A stretch of 64,000 bases of DNA from positions 20,956 to 84,955 of the IMG/VR virus record IMGVR_UViG_3300040802_000094. One strand, 5' to 3'. This document shows positions 18,912 to 29,260 of this stretch, in pieces. The DNA comes from a virus. A program made the position numbers and the translations under genes. Numbering within the stretch: the first letter of the stretch is position 1; the number at the start of each line of letters is the position of its first letter. The notes under the pieces were generated by a model. It was not told the DNA's origin and did not search any database. It saw nothing but the letters and a program-made list of their open reading frames with translations.

Positions 18912-20024
18912 ATGGGTATTTCTTTTGCCTCGCCACAAATGGCGCAAAGGCTGGATTCGTTCGGATTCCAGCGCTCTTACGACTTACAAGCAGCCGCAAC
19001 TCGACTCGACGGATCTTTTCTGACCCATCGGGACGACTTCATGTCAACGATCGGACACTATATCAGAAACAGTCAGGACGTCCGGCTGTGGAAGATGATC
19101 CGGAAGGAGTTGGCGGAAGCGGATCTGAACAGAGAGGCTATCGAGGGACAGGATCCCGAGTCCGGCTTCATGAGCAAGAACAACATGAACCCTCCCGTCA
19201 ACGACGTCGCAAATCCGGCGTCGCACGATTTAAGCGATCCGGGTCAACTCAATAAAGCGATCGGAGGAATCATCCAGACCGGGCATTATACCGAAAGTAT
19301 GTGGAGGCAGCAGGGCAAGCCCTACGGAAATCAGCTCTCCGATCGCACGATGAAGCTGATCAGCTCGATGGTCAAGAATGTCGAGCGCGCTTTATTTCGG
19401 GGCAATGCCACGACAAACCCCCTCGAATTTAACGGACTGGAGCAGCAAATGGATCCCACCCATTTGTTCGAGGCGGATATTACGGCAGGTGACTCGGTAG
19501 TCAAGAAGTTGCGAGGGATCGTCCGCCTGTCAATATCCGACGAAACGATCCTGAGATCGGTCACGCACATCTTCACGACAGCGTTGGGCGTCCAGCTTCT
19601 CGAAGACGAGACAGACATGAAGCTGGAATACCACAACCTCGATCGCGTTTCTCCGGGGCTGTCGGTTCCGTCGATCGTCACACATCGCGGGCTGATGCCT
19701 ATCGTGGACTCCCCCTTCCTTCGGGACGAGAAAGGGGCGACCGACGCCGACCCCGACTATATTGACTACTGGCTGCTCGACATTAATTCGCTGTGCTGGA
19801 AAGGGGTTATTCCGAAAGGGGCGAACGTATCCAATCCCAACAGCCCTTCCCCGTCGGATTTCGACCCGCAGATTTTCGACATCACGCGATACACCGGAAT
19901 GGGCGACTTGATGGTCGAAACCCGTATCGGCCTGATGTATGGCACGCTATATGCCAAAAACAGAGGACAGGGGATTTGGAAATTGAGAGTTAAAGTTCCG
20001 CCGCTAACCGTCGCTTCAATTTAA
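18912..20024 (+). CDS. Major capsid protein (HK97 fold)
   Basis: 370 aa after the protease/scaffold; VERALFRGNATTNPLEFNGL matches the E.A.F.G.....EFDGL MCP motif. Confidence 0.8.
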   Translation: MGISFASPQMAQRLDSFGFQRSYDLQAAATRLDGSFLTHRDDFMSTIGHYIRNSQDVRLWKMIRKELAEADLNREAIEGQDPESGFMSKNNMNPPVNDVANPASHDLSDPGQLNKAIGGIIQTGHYTESMWRQQGKPYGNQLSDRTMKLISSMVKNVERALFRGNATTNPLEFNGLEQQMDPTHLFEADITAGDSVVKKLRGIVRLSISDETILRSVTHIFTTALGVQLLEDETDMKLEYHNLDRVSPGLSVPSIVTHRGLMPIVDSPFLRDEKGATDADPDYIDYWLLDINSLCWKGVIPKGANVSNPNSPSPSDFDPQIFDITRYTGMGDLMVETRIGLMYGTLYAKNRGQGIWKLRVKVPPLTVASI

Positions 20025-20028
20025 GTAA

Positions 20029-20505
20029 ATGTCTCTCGTCCGATCGACGCCCAAGTGGGCTGCCAACCAAATCCAAGTTCCGGGAGTCGGGAGGGTTTTT
20101 CGCCCGGTCTCCAACGCCATCGTTACGATGCCCGACGAAGTTGCCGCGTGGCTGGCGGAAAATGGGTTCGTCGAAATTGTCGGCGGCCTCCCGTCACCCC
20201 CTCCGGGGATACCCCGCTCCGTCAAAAAGGAAGGAGGGCGATCGCCGGATCCTCCTCTCGGTTCGTCACCTCCACCTTCCCCCATGCAAGAAGGATCCGG
20301 CGAGGAGACGTGGAAGTCTCTTTTGTTGGAGTATCTAGAACGGTCTCCCGCAGAGGAGATCATTGAGAATGTTCGGGGAATCGGTCGGGAAACGGCGGAA
20401 GCGATCGCCGACCTCCCAAGGCCGCTAACCTGGGAATCGGTCGAGTCCGTGCTGAAACCCGCACAAATCCGAAACTTGAAAAAATTCTTAGGAGAGGAGG
20501 AGTGA
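20029..20505 (+). CDS. Head-associated protein with Pro-rich linker and helix-hairpin-helix motif
   Basis: ENVRGIGRETAEAIA (HhH); follows the MCP. Confidence 0.65.
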   Translation: MSLVRSTPKWAANQIQVPGVGRVFRPVSNAIVTMPDEVAAWLAENGFVEIVGGLPSPPPGIPRSVKKEGGRSPDPPLGSSPPPSPMQEGSGEETWKSLLLEYLERSPAEEIIENVRGIGRETAEAIADLPRPLTWESVESVLKPAQIRNLKKFLGEEE

Positions 20506-21041
20506 TGCCACTCATTACGTCTCACGTCAGCCAGTCCCTCGGGGCGATCGCTCAGTCCTTGATCGAAACGAAACCCAAATTAATCGCCGCGACGGTTCGG
20601 AGGAAGGCGGAAGCTTTCTCCTACGAGGCCGGACAGGCGGTTGTTCCGTCGGAAGCGAAACTCCTGACTTTTGCGCGGTGTATCCCCGAAGGGGGGAACT
20701 CGCTCCTTCTTTCAGCTCAGTTAATTTCCAAGAAGGGGTTTTCCGGAAAGCTGCTCTTGTTTTCTGGATGCCCGTCGCCCCCCGAAGACGGGAAGGCGGT
20801 TGACCCTTCCCGGGACGACATTCGGAAGTTCCTATTTTCTGTCGATTTCTCCGACCCTCTCGCCAAGGTAGAAGAGATCGGAGAGTTTCAGTCAATTGAG
20901 GTCGTTTCCCACAAAATTGCGGAAAGCGCCGATCGAAACTTGTACGGAATTCTCGTCGCGAAAGAGCCTTACGCGGCGATCGCCGAAGAAGAGTTCCTCA
21001 TCCGGCTTGGCTTCTTTCCCAGAGAACTCAGGATGATCTGA
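20502..21041 (+). CDS. Hypothetical virion protein
   Basis: Coupled ORF with GAGGAG RBS in the head operon. Confidence 0.65.
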   Translation: MMPLITSHVSQSLGAIAQSLIETKPKLIAATVRRKAEAFSYEAGQAVVPSEAKLLTFARCIPEGGNSLLLSAQLISKKGFSGKLLLFSGCPSPPEDGKAVDPSRDDIRKFLFSVDFSDPLAKVEEIGEFQSIEVVSHKIAESADRNLYGILVAKEPYAAIAEEEFLIRLGFFPRELRMI

Positions 21042-21047
21042 TTTGTT

Positions 21048-21683
21048 ATGCCTTACCTAACCCCAGAAGAAGCCCGAGATCGCCTGCTCTCGTCGGGGAG
21101 GTACGAAGAAAGTACCCTCCCCGACGCAGGCGTACTCGGGCTTTTGCTGGAGGATATCGAAGAACGCATCGATACTTGGCTGGGATACCACGCGCCTCTA
21201 ACGGATTACGTAGAAGAATACCGAGTCGATCCGAAAGGGGTCGTCGTCCTGTCTGGCTTCCCCGTCGCCTCAGTACGACAAGTAGAAATACTTTACGGGA
21301 TCGAGACGAACAATGCGGAGCAGTCTCCAACCGAAATAGTCACTTCCGGCTATTGGCTTCGCGGCAATATCGTCGGACTCGGGGGCTGTCCCGGCGATCG
21401 CGTCCGGATCTCCTATTCCGCAGGACTAGATCCGCTACCCACCCGTTTTAAATTGGCCGCGTACAGGCTGTTGCTCGAAGTTTTGGAGAAAGACGGGACG
21501 AGTGGCTCTACCGATTCTTTGGACGCGATCGCCCGTCCCGTCACTTCGCTGTCCGTCCCCGGAATTTCCAAATCTTTCCAGCTCGGGAAAGACCCCGATA
21601 GCGGCAAGCCTTTTGGCGAATTCAAGCGGATCGACGAAATCTTGAGTCGGCTCAAAACCGATCGGAGAAAATTCTTATGGTAA
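21048..21683 (+). CDS. Head-tail connector/adaptor (gp6/gp15-like)
   Basis: MPYLTPEE...IDTWLG...PVASV...VRISYSAG.DPLP.RFKLAA pattern; position in the head module. Confidence 0.7.
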   Translation: MPYLTPEEARDRLLSSGRYEESTLPDAGVLGLLLEDIEERIDTWLGYHAPLTDYVEEYRVDPKGVVVLSGFPVASVRQVEILYGIETNNAEQSPTEIVTSGYWLRGNIVGLGGCPGDRVRISYSAGLDPLPTRFKLAAYRLLLEVLEKDGTSGSTDSLDAIARPVTSLSVPGISKSFQLGKDPDSGKPFGEFKRIDEILSRLKTDRRKFLW

Positions 21684-21964
21684 AAGAAAAGTCAATTTTT
21701 AAATCTAAAACCTTATGGGTTTCGGTTCTTACTTTTTGTTACGGGATCATGCCCGTCCTTCAGGATGCCTCCGCGACAGAAAAATTTACGCCCGCCCACC
21801 TTTTCGAGATTTTCAATTTTGCCGTACTGATGGGCGCGACGATTTTGACGCGATACCAGGGGAACAGTTCCGTCCTCTTTACACCAAAGGGGTTGCCCGG
21901 GATCGACCCGGAGCAGGCCAAGTACATGGCCGAAGTTTTCAATCAATCCATGAAAAATGAGTGA
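21677..21964 (+). CDS. Holin-like small membrane protein (2 TM)
   Basis: KSIFKSKTLW followed by two hydrophobic segments; 95 aa. Confidence 0.5.
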   Translation: MVKEKSIFKSKTLWVSVLTFCYGIMPVLQDASATEKFTPAHLFEIFNFAVLMGATILTRYQGNSSVLFTPKGLPGIDPEQAKYMAEVFNQSMKNE

Positions 21965-22388
21965 TTTGATTTCCTCGGAAGACTTTCTCGAACTCGCAAA
22001 AGAGATGAACCACGACATTCGGATTTATCAACGTCGCGAGACAAAGTCCGGCGATCGCCGATTGGGATTTCGCGACGACTACGAAGTTCGAGGGCGATCG
22101 ATCCGAGGATTCATTTCTCCCCGAAAAGAAATAGGCGTCGCGATCCTCGGAGGCATCGAGTCTTCGACAGATTTGACGGCATACGTTACGGATCTCGACT
22201 TCCGGAGTTCCGACGTCACTCCGGAAACGAGAATTGCGGAACACAACGTCTACGGCGGCCAGCTATTTCGGGTCAAGTACAAAGGGTACAAGAATGCGGC
22301 AAAATACCACGAATTGGAGTTGCTGCAATTGCCAGAAGAATCCGACTTCACCAGCGATCGTGCGGGTGAAGTCCTTCATTTAGGCTAG
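21957..22388 (+). CDS. Head closure/stopper-like protein
   Basis: Size (143 aa), beta-rich pattern ending YHELEL, position after the adaptor. Confidence 0.55.
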   Translation: MSDLISSEDFLELAKEMNHDIRIYQRRETKSGDRRLGFRDDYEVRGRSIRGFISPRKEIGVAILGGIESSTDLTAYVTDLDFRSSDVTPETRIAEHNVYGGQLFRVKYKGYKNAAKYHELELLQLPEESDFTSDRAGEVLHLG

Positions 22389-22397
22389 GAGGAGTAC

Positions 22398-23957
22398 GTG
22401 GCAGAGGAAGAAACCAAACCGATCGAGGCAGAAGAGGAAGAGGAAGAAAAAGAGGAGGGCGAAAAAGAAGGCGAAACGGATGCCGTCGAAGAAATGCAGG
22501 AAGAATCGGAAGACGGAGAAGAGGAAGATGTCGAACCCGAATACGAAGGGCCTCCGGGGCCGCGATACAAAACCTTAATCGAAGTCAAGATCGGCAAAGA
22601 TACTTTTTCCAATGTCAACGGAGATTTCCTCGACTATCCGACGTGCAAAATCGTACTGTCAACTTGGTTATTTTCTAACGCACAGTTCGTCTTGAACGAC
22701 CCGGATGGGGAGATTTTTGAGAAGATCGACGATAGCTCCGAGGTCGTAATTTCCTTGGGGTTTGCCGGAGCCGAAAAGAAAAAGAAGCTGACGGGAAAGA
22801 TTTATTCGATCGGACGCATTCTCCCTATCGGTACCGTCGTTAGTATTGCCGACGCTACGGCCACGATGAACCGCCCGACAACTTCCGTCAATTCGGACTC
22901 GGATGGGACGGCGCCGTCCCCCGAAGACACCCCCGAACCTTGGGACGATGTCGTTTACACCACGGGAAGTCTGCTATTTAAAAAATTCAAAGAGATGGCC
23001 GACAAGCACAAGGAAGAAGGGGGATCCCTCCCCGTCGTCAACGAAGACGGGGAGGAAGGGCAGAAAGAGGAAAAGAGCTTTGACGATATTGTCAAAACTT
23101 CCGAAAAAGTAAGCGCGCAAATGCTCGAAGAAGGAACGGCACCCAATAGGACGACGGCGAGGATGGCGGCTCTGTTTAAAGGGGTTGGCGGCCAACTCAA
23201 GGCCAAAGACCGAACCATCGCCAATCCCTCGAAAGGAGGAGAGGTCTTGGCGATGGCGTCGAGTATGAATGCGGCGATCGTCGAGTCGATCATGAAAGGG
23301 AACGTTATCGTAACGGAAGGGAACCAGGTAAAAGAGGTCTCTGCAGGAAAAGAAGAAAAAAGTAAAATTACGATCGACGTTGCCAACCACACGTTTTACG
23401 GCAATCCTCAAATTATCAAAAAAGGTCCCGTCCAACTGGCAAGGGCTTTCGTCAACGTCAGCAGTCCCGACGCGATCAACAAAACCGTACACAGCGCCAC
23501 GGTGGGAACGAAGCCTTCCGTTATCGACGCGAGCGGTCCGGTCAACGTCCCCGAATGGGGGGAGATCAACCTAGAAGATCCGATCGTCGAAGGCTCTCAG
23601 TACACCTGGAGCGACGCGACGGCGGGAGGCGCGCGCGTTCCGGAATCCAAGTCCGTGATGGAGGGGATCGCGCGCGTTTGCAAGTGGCTCGATAAATGGA
23701 CGAACGAAGAAAATGGCGGCGAGAAGTTTTTGATTACTTCGTGGTACCGCGAACCTGCCTATAATATGCAAGTGGCGTCGTCGGGGGCGAACGGCCCCCA
23801 CACGACGGGCAACGCCGTCGATTTTTGGTTCGAGAATTATCTGGATTTGTGCGACAAGTTGGATCCGGAGTGGGATGGCGGCCTTGCCTGGAGCCTCAAC
23901 TCCGAATTCATGCATGTCGATCTCGGCGCGCACGGGAGGTGGAGCTACGACCACTGA
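22398..23957 (+). CDS. Baseplate hub (gp27/gpD-like) fused to a Peptidase_M15 Zn cell-wall hydrolase
   Basis: Glu-rich N-terminus; FVLNDPDG...VVISLGFAG...LTGKI hub pattern; ITSWYR...YN...H..GNAVDF...FMHVDLG (M15). Confidence 0.8.
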   Translation: MAEEETKPIEAEEEEEEKEEGEKEGETDAVEEMQEESEDGEEEDVEPEYEGPPGPRYKTLIEVKIGKDTFSNVNGDFLDYPTCKIVLSTWLFSNAQFVLNDPDGEIFEKIDDSSEVVISLGFAGAEKKKKLTGKIYSIGRILPIGTVVSIADATATMNRPTTSVNSDSDGTAPSPEDTPEPWDDVVYTTGSLLFKKFKEMADKHKEEGGSLPVVNEDGEEGQKEEKSFDDIVKTSEKVSAQMLEEGTAPNRTTARMAALFKGVGGQLKAKDRTIANPSKGGEVLAMASSMNAAIVESIMKGNVIVTEGNQVKEVSAGKEEKSKITIDVANHTFYGNPQIIKKGPVQLARAFVNVSSPDAINKTVHSATVGTKPSVIDASGPVNVPEWGEINLEDPIVEGSQYTWSDATAGGARVPESKSVMEGIARVCKWLDKWTNEENGGEKFLITSWYREPAYNMQVASSGANGPHTTGNAVDFWFENYLDLCDKLDPEWDGGLAWSLNSEFMHVDLGAHGRWSYDH

Positions 23958-24034
23958 TCGCCACAGTTGAAAAATAGCAATACAAAAGCCTACCCCGCCT
24001 TTTCGGTGGAGTAGGCTTGTCTTTTGAGGAAAAT

Positions 24035-25375
24035 ATGGACCATCAAGAACTAACGATCCGCGCCCAGCAGATCAAGCAAAACACGCTCGAAGAATTGCAG
24101 GCGATCGAGTCGCGGGTCTGCGAACTCGAAAAACTCCACCTACTCCCCAAGCCGTTGAGACCGTTCGAGTCGATCGACCTAACCTGGCCCGCCGATCCGA
24201 AGGTCGAGGTCGTCAACTTGTCCGAAATCGACGACGGACTGGGAGGAGTTCTCCAGCCTTGCGCGATCGGGGACGACCGGATCGGCTTCGGAACCTACTT
24301 TTACGGTTACGAAGGGATGAAAATGGCGGTCTTGAACGTCAACGATCCGAGTCTTTCTTCTGTTTTCAACATCAAAGCCTCCACCCCCGACGATATCTAC
24401 CGGGTCAATAAGACGGTTTTTGACGGACGTTACTTGTACGCGATCGGGGATATCAATACCAAGACGAAGTACGACTCCCCCCAAAAGCTGATCCGCGTCG
24501 ATACGACGACCGGATCGGTTTCCTCTTTGGATTTTGGTGCGCCTCGGGGATTCGCTGCCGCCGTTTACGACGGCAGCCGCTTCCTTTACGCTTTCAGCCG
24601 ATACCACTATCGAACGAAGCCATATCAGACGATCGCGGAAGGGTACGTTACTAAAATCGATACGTACAACTTTTCTCTGGAGTACGTGGAAGAGATCGAT
24701 TTGAGGGCGATCGACGAATCCCTGACTGGATTCGCGGACGTCGTCAAAGTGGGGCGGTTTTTATTCGCAATTTCTTTATTGAATCAGCCTAACGGCGCTT
24801 ATTTTAATCGATTGGTCAAAATCGACACTTCGCTGTTTCCGATGCGGAAATCGGTCGAGTGGATCGACTGCCTCGAAATCGATAAGAAGCTGGGGGGGAT
24901 TGACTCGATCGCGACCGACGGAGAATACCTCTACTGTCCCGCCTACTATCGATACCATCTCAAAAAAGAAGATGACGGGAATTTCATGAGCTATCGCTCG
25001 GGACTCCTTTGGAAGATCTCAATTCAGGACTGGAAGGACAGAAAGGGGTACGAATGCTTGGATCTAGAGGCAGTTTCCCCGCGATTTCGAGGCCACATCT
25101 CGATCGCAATCGTCGGAAATAGGCTCTACATCCCGAGTTACCACAACCAGTCCGGCGACAATTACGATCCTGGGTGGGTTTTGTCTGTCGATAAAAACGA
25201 GTTTTCTTTGAAATCTCTTAAAAAATTAGAACTCGGCAAAATCGCGGGGCGGGGAGCGCAATTTCACGGGAACGGAATCGCGATCGGCGATCGCCTGTAT
25301 TTGTTCTCGTATTATTCGGCTGGTTCGCACGACAATCGAGTTATTTCATTTGAGGTGTTGAAAGATAATGGATAG
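24035..25375 (+). CDS. Beta-propeller protein 1 (FDGRYLY-type repeats)
   Basis: GAGGA RBS; repeats FDGRYLY, YDGSRFLY, TDGEYLY, GNRLY, GDRLY. Confidence 0.75.
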   Translation: MDHQELTIRAQQIKQNTLEELQAIESRVCELEKLHLLPKPLRPFESIDLTWPADPKVEVVNLSEIDDGLGGVLQPCAIGDDRIGFGTYFYGYEGMKMAVLNVNDPSLSSVFNIKASTPDDIYRVNKTVFDGRYLYAIGDINTKTKYDSPQKLIRVDTTTGSVSSLDFGAPRGFAAAVYDGSRFLYAFSRYHYRTKPYQTIAEGYVTKIDTYNFSLEYVEEIDLRAIDESLTGFADVVKVGRFLFAISLLNQPNGAYFNRLVKIDTSLFPMRKSVEWIDCLEIDKKLGGIDSIATDGEYLYCPAYYRYHLKKEDDGNFMSYRSGLLWKISIQDWKDRKGYECLDLEAVSPRFRGHISIAIVGNRLYIPSYHNQSGDNYDPGWVLSVDKNEFSLKSLKKLELGKIAGRGAQFHGNGIAIGDRLYLFSYYSAGSHDNRVISFEVLKDNG

Positions 25376-26738
25376 CCAGCAATTAGAAGCAATTCTCGAT
25401 CGGATCGAACGCTACGCAATTTCCAAAACAGGAAGTATCGAGCGAGAGGCCGAGGGAGCGGACGAATTCACTACCTTTTTCTGGGGGACAAAACCAGCAA
25501 ATTTGACTGTCGATGCTCGTTGGCCGGACAAAAGCGCGATCCGCCTTTACGACATCGATCGCCAAACCCCCACCGACATAAAGGGGAGCGCCTTGGCTTG
25601 CTTGCCCCTGCCCGACGGAAGAGTCGCGATTTCCTACTACTATTCGATGAAGTCGGCGTACGACAACGGGTTCCTACTTTTCGATCCCAACGCACCCGAC
25701 AACTCGAAGACCGCACACCCCAAAGCGATCCGGCCCGATTCGGGGGCGGGATATAACAAGCTTGCCTTTGACGGACGCTACCTTTATTCCGGAGTTCACT
25801 ACTCGGGCAACAATACGGATTCTAATCCACTGGTACTGACGCGAGTAGACGTCAATACGCAACAGGTCGAATTTTGCGACATCCCTTCCGAGGAAAAGTC
25901 GCTATCAGATGTTTTGTCTCCCGTATACGACGGACAGCAATATATCTACTACCCCGTTTACAGCCCGAGAACAATAAGTGGAGGTCTGGTGACTTACCAT
26001 CCTTCGGGAAGCGTATATCGAATTGATAAAAATAATTTCAGTTGGGATACCGTCACGATTCGTCGGTGGGAAGGAAGCACCTTCCCTGCCTTTCACAATT
26101 CGTTCCGCATTGGCGAATGGATCTACTTATCCAGCCCGAGGTCGCAGCAAGGCGCGGGCGCCCGTGCCAAAATCTACCGATTTAGACACCGGGATTTCAG
26201 CGAATCCGTCGAGATGGAGTCCGTCGATATTGGCGAAGCGTCGCGGTACGGAGGGGTTTATGGAATGTGGGGCGACGAAAACGCGCTCTACGGGGTTGGC
26301 GGGCGAGAGGGGATCGCCTCTGGCGACCAAACGCAAAAAAGGGCGATCCGGATCGACCTTTCGCTTGAGTTTGGGAACCCGGAAGCGGTCTCTTTCCTCG
26401 ACCTGGAAGACGTCGATCCGAGGTTGGGTGGGGGGATGTCGATTTCGGGCAACGATCGCCACGTCTACTTGGCCACGAATGTGAGGAGCGGGAGAAAGGG
26501 GGTGTCTGGCAAAAATATCGTATTTCCCAGGCACAGGGCCACGAATGGAACCGTTGTCGCCATCGATCGCCACAATTTCAGCCCGTCCGGCGTAAAGTTT
26601 TTGGAAATGGAGGAGATTCACCCGAGATTTAAAAATATTTATTCGATCGAGGCGACCGATTCCGACGTATGGACGTTGAGCTATACGGACGGAAAGGGAT
26701 CTTATCTCAGCTATCTGGCAAAAATTCCGGCACTATAA
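25368..26738 (+). CDS. Beta-propeller protein 2
   Basis: FDGRYLY, YDGQQYIY, GEWIY, NDRHVY repeats; paralog of its neighbours. Confidence 0.75.
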   Translation: MDSQQLEAILDRIERYAISKTGSIEREAEGADEFTTFFWGTKPANLTVDARWPDKSAIRLYDIDRQTPTDIKGSALACLPLPDGRVAISYYYSMKSAYDNGFLLFDPNAPDNSKTAHPKAIRPDSGAGYNKLAFDGRYLYSGVHYSGNNTDSNPLVLTRVDVNTQQVEFCDIPSEEKSLSDVLSPVYDGQQYIYYPVYSPRTISGGLVTYHPSGSVYRIDKNNFSWDTVTIRRWEGSTFPAFHNSFRIGEWIYLSSPRSQQGAGARAKIYRFRHRDFSESVEMESVDIGEASRYGGVYGMWGDENALYGVGGREGIASGDQTQKRAIRIDLSLEFGNPEAVSFLDLEDVDPRLGGGMSISGNDRHVYLATNVRSGRKGVSGKNIVFPRHRATNGTVVAIDRHNFSPSGVKFLEMEEIHPRFKNIYSIEATDSDVWTLSYTDGKGSYLSYLAKIPAL

Positions 26739-26751
26739 CGCGAGCGAGCAA

Positions 26752-28185
26752 ATGTCTTTTGAGATTATTTCGGCAGTCAACGCAACGAAAGACGCGATCG
26801 ACGAATACGAACGCAATTTAACCGAGAGGATTTCGGCGATCGTCGCCGAAAATAACGAAAATTTTGACGTGACGACTCCCGCAACGTGGCAGTCGTACGA
26901 CGACAACTTCTTCGAGCGCTACTACAAAGGACTGTGGCATTACGGGATAAACATTTTTGAAGCGAGAAAACTCAACCCTCGGACGTGGGACCTTACCGAC
27001 CTGCATCCTCGACTGGAGGGGAATTACTCGATCGCCTCGGCAGGCGATCGCCTGATCGTCGGCAATTACTACAACGAAGGATCCTACCGCTACCCCGTCT
27101 TGGCGAAGATCGATCCCAAGAACTTCCACGACGGCAGCAGCGTTCTCGCGCTTTACCAACTGAGTTCCAACTATCCCGTCTGCGGGGGCGAGTTCGCTTT
27201 CGACGGGAACTGGATCTACTTGTCTCCGTGGTACCAATTGGGCGGATCGGGGAGCTACTCGGGGTTGTTCCTGCGCGTCCGGTACGACGACTTTTCTACG
27301 GTGGAGTATATAAACCTCCCCGGAATTGACACGAAGTATCGAGGGTTTCGCTCCGTCGCCTGCGTCGGAAATTACGTTTACCTCCTCGGCGGCTACCATT
27401 CTTCCGCCGATATGGGCGCCACCATCCACGCATACCATCAGTCCTTGGTGATTCGCGCGGACGTCAATAACTTTACCGCCGACGGGGTTGTGGCGATCGA
27501 TTGCAAGGAGATTCTCAACAATCCTCGGGTTTCACGCCTCCATGGCAGCACGACGCACCGAGGTAGGATTTACGCGATCGCCTACCAGCCCGGAGAAAGT
27601 GGAATCGTCGAAATCGATCCGGCCAAATTTCCCGATCCGGACTGCATTCGCTACCTTTGCCTCGACGACATCTGCGAAGAAAAAATTCAGGCGCTCGGGT
27701 TGACGAGTCTCGACCCCTACGAGAATGCCTTGGCCTTGGGAAGCTACCTCAGCAATTTCCTCGCCAAAGTCAACCTAGACGATTTTCCTTCGCCGGATTG
27801 CGTTAAATTAATGCGAATGCCGATGCCTCTGGCGGGGTTTGGGGATTCGCCACGCAGTGCGGGCGTTTGGAACAATCGGAACCCCGTATTGGCGACACTC
27901 CCGATCGTCGGCGGTAGCAGCGACTGGGGAGTGTATTGGCTGCCCAGTCAAGCTCGCCCGGGGTTCCTGGTGCGACACCGCCTCAACAACCATCCCAGTG
28001 GCTACTACAACGCCCCTTTCAACTGGGCCAGAGGATTTAGCAACCTGGCCATCAGCGACCTTTCGGAAATAAACGGGTTCTCTGGGTGCGGCGGTGGCGC
28101 CGTCTATCTCGACGGATATATCTACGGTTTGGGCTACAGCGACAGTACGCCAAGTTCGATGTTGTTACAACTGACTCCGTTTTAG
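26752..28185 (+). CDS. Beta-propeller protein 3
   Basis: FDGNWIY, GNYVY, RGRIY, LDGYIY repeats. Confidence 0.75.
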   Translation: MSFEIISAVNATKDAIDEYERNLTERISAIVAENNENFDVTTPATWQSYDDNFFERYYKGLWHYGINIFEARKLNPRTWDLTDLHPRLEGNYSIASAGDRLIVGNYYNEGSYRYPVLAKIDPKNFHDGSSVLALYQLSSNYPVCGGEFAFDGNWIYLSPWYQLGGSGSYSGLFLRVRYDDFSTVEYINLPGIDTKYRGFRSVACVGNYVYLLGGYHSSADMGATIHAYHQSLVIRADVNNFTADGVVAIDCKEILNNPRVSRLHGSTTHRGRIYAIAYQPGESGIVEIDPAKFPDPDCIRYLCLDDICEEKIQALGLTSLDPYENALALGSYLSNFLAKVNLDDFPSPDCVKLMRMPMPLAGFGDSPRSAGVWNNRNPVLATLPIVGGSSDWGVYWLPSQARPGFLVRHRLNNHPSGYYNAPFNWARGFSNLAISDLSEINGFSGCGGGAVYLDGYIYGLGYSDSTPSSMLLQLTPF

Positions 28186-28186
28186 T

Positions 28187-28408
28187 ATGAAGGTTAAAGT
28201 TACTGCCGAAGGCAGAATTTACTACTCCGGCCCCAACGGGGATAAAACGATTCCCCCCGAACTTTTGGGGTACCCCACGGACGACCTTCGTTACGACGAA
28301 GGTTCGAGCCAATTTATTTACGACCCAATTCCAAAAGACCGATTTCCCCGACAACCCATTTCACCCTCGGAGATCGATCCGGCCCTCCACCCAGAAGGAC
28401 TGCCATGA
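28187..28408 (+). CDS. Small hypothetical protein (possible fibre chaperone)
   Basis: 73-aa ORF coupled to the genes on both sides. Confidence 0.55.
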   Translation: MKVKVTAEGRIYYSGPNGDKTIPPELLGYPTDDLRYDEGSSQFIYDPIPKDRFPRQPISPSEIDPALHPEGLP

Positions 28409-29187
28409 CTTCAATCGTCCCGCTCCCTTTTTACGAAGTGGGAGGATCTCGTCCCTCCCCTTCTCGGCTGCTGGAGACGGCGATCGCCCTTCTCGCGCTC
28501 CAGCAGCCGAGACCGCGCCCTCCCGCCAGGAAAGAAGACGATCGCCTTTGCATTCCCGTCAAAACGATCGAAGCCATCCCTCAATTTAGCGGGGTATCGC
28601 TTGCCGGAACCGACGGCAATTACCTTACCGCCAAGAAAAGGAGCAACCTTTCCGAAATCGTCTTGGGGATTAACGAGCGCCCTCTCGAAGAGAACCAAAT
28701 CGGAGAAGTTGTTCGAGAAGGGTTGTTGTGGGAGGAAGTCACCCCTCCTCAAGATGGGAAGATCGGTGCTTACGTCATGGTTGACGAAGCGGGTCTTCTC
28801 AACTACGACCGGGGGGTGGTCGTGGGAATGTACCTCGGGAAAAACCGCATTTTTATCGACCCGTCGCTCAAATCCGACGATCGCGCCATTAAAGAATTGT
28901 TAGAAAATCCCCCCGAAGGCTTTTCAGGGGACAGCCTTCGGGCTATCTTGGATCAGATGGCTGCGGCGATCGCCAAAGGACAGACCTACGTCTACGAGTT
29001 TGCTTCCCCCGCGCAAACCTGGATGATCGACCATCCCCAGAAGGAATATCCTTCGGTCGAGGTGTATCTCTGGAATCCACTTTCGGAATCCTTTGAACAT
29101 ACGATGGCAAATATCGAGCAGCCTTCTTCGACCTCGACAGTGATTTTGCTGTCGTCCCCAGAATCGGGAAAGGTCCACCTTACCTGA
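28405..29187 (+). CDS. Virion structural/fibre-associated protein
   Basis: C-terminal 'W.IDH....PSVEV...VILLSSP.SG' beta domain resembles the C-terminus of the next gene. Confidence 0.6.
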   Translation: MTSIVPLPFYEVGGSRPSPSRLLETAIALLALQQPRPRPPARKEDDRLCIPVKTIEAIPQFSGVSLAGTDGNYLTAKKRSNLSEIVLGINERPLEENQIGEVVREGLLWEEVTPPQDGKIGAYVMVDEAGLLNYDRGVVVGMYLGKNRIFIDPSLKSDDRAIKELLENPPEGFSGDSLRAILDQMAAAIAKGQTYVYEFASPAQTWMIDHPQKEYPSVEVYLWNPLSESFEHTMANIEQPSSTSTVILLSSPESGKVHLT

Positions 29188-29260
29188 TTCCTCAATAAAC
29201 AAGAACCAGTAACGACGGCTCGATCGCTTTTGCGATGAGCCGTTTTCTTTGGAGAAAAAG

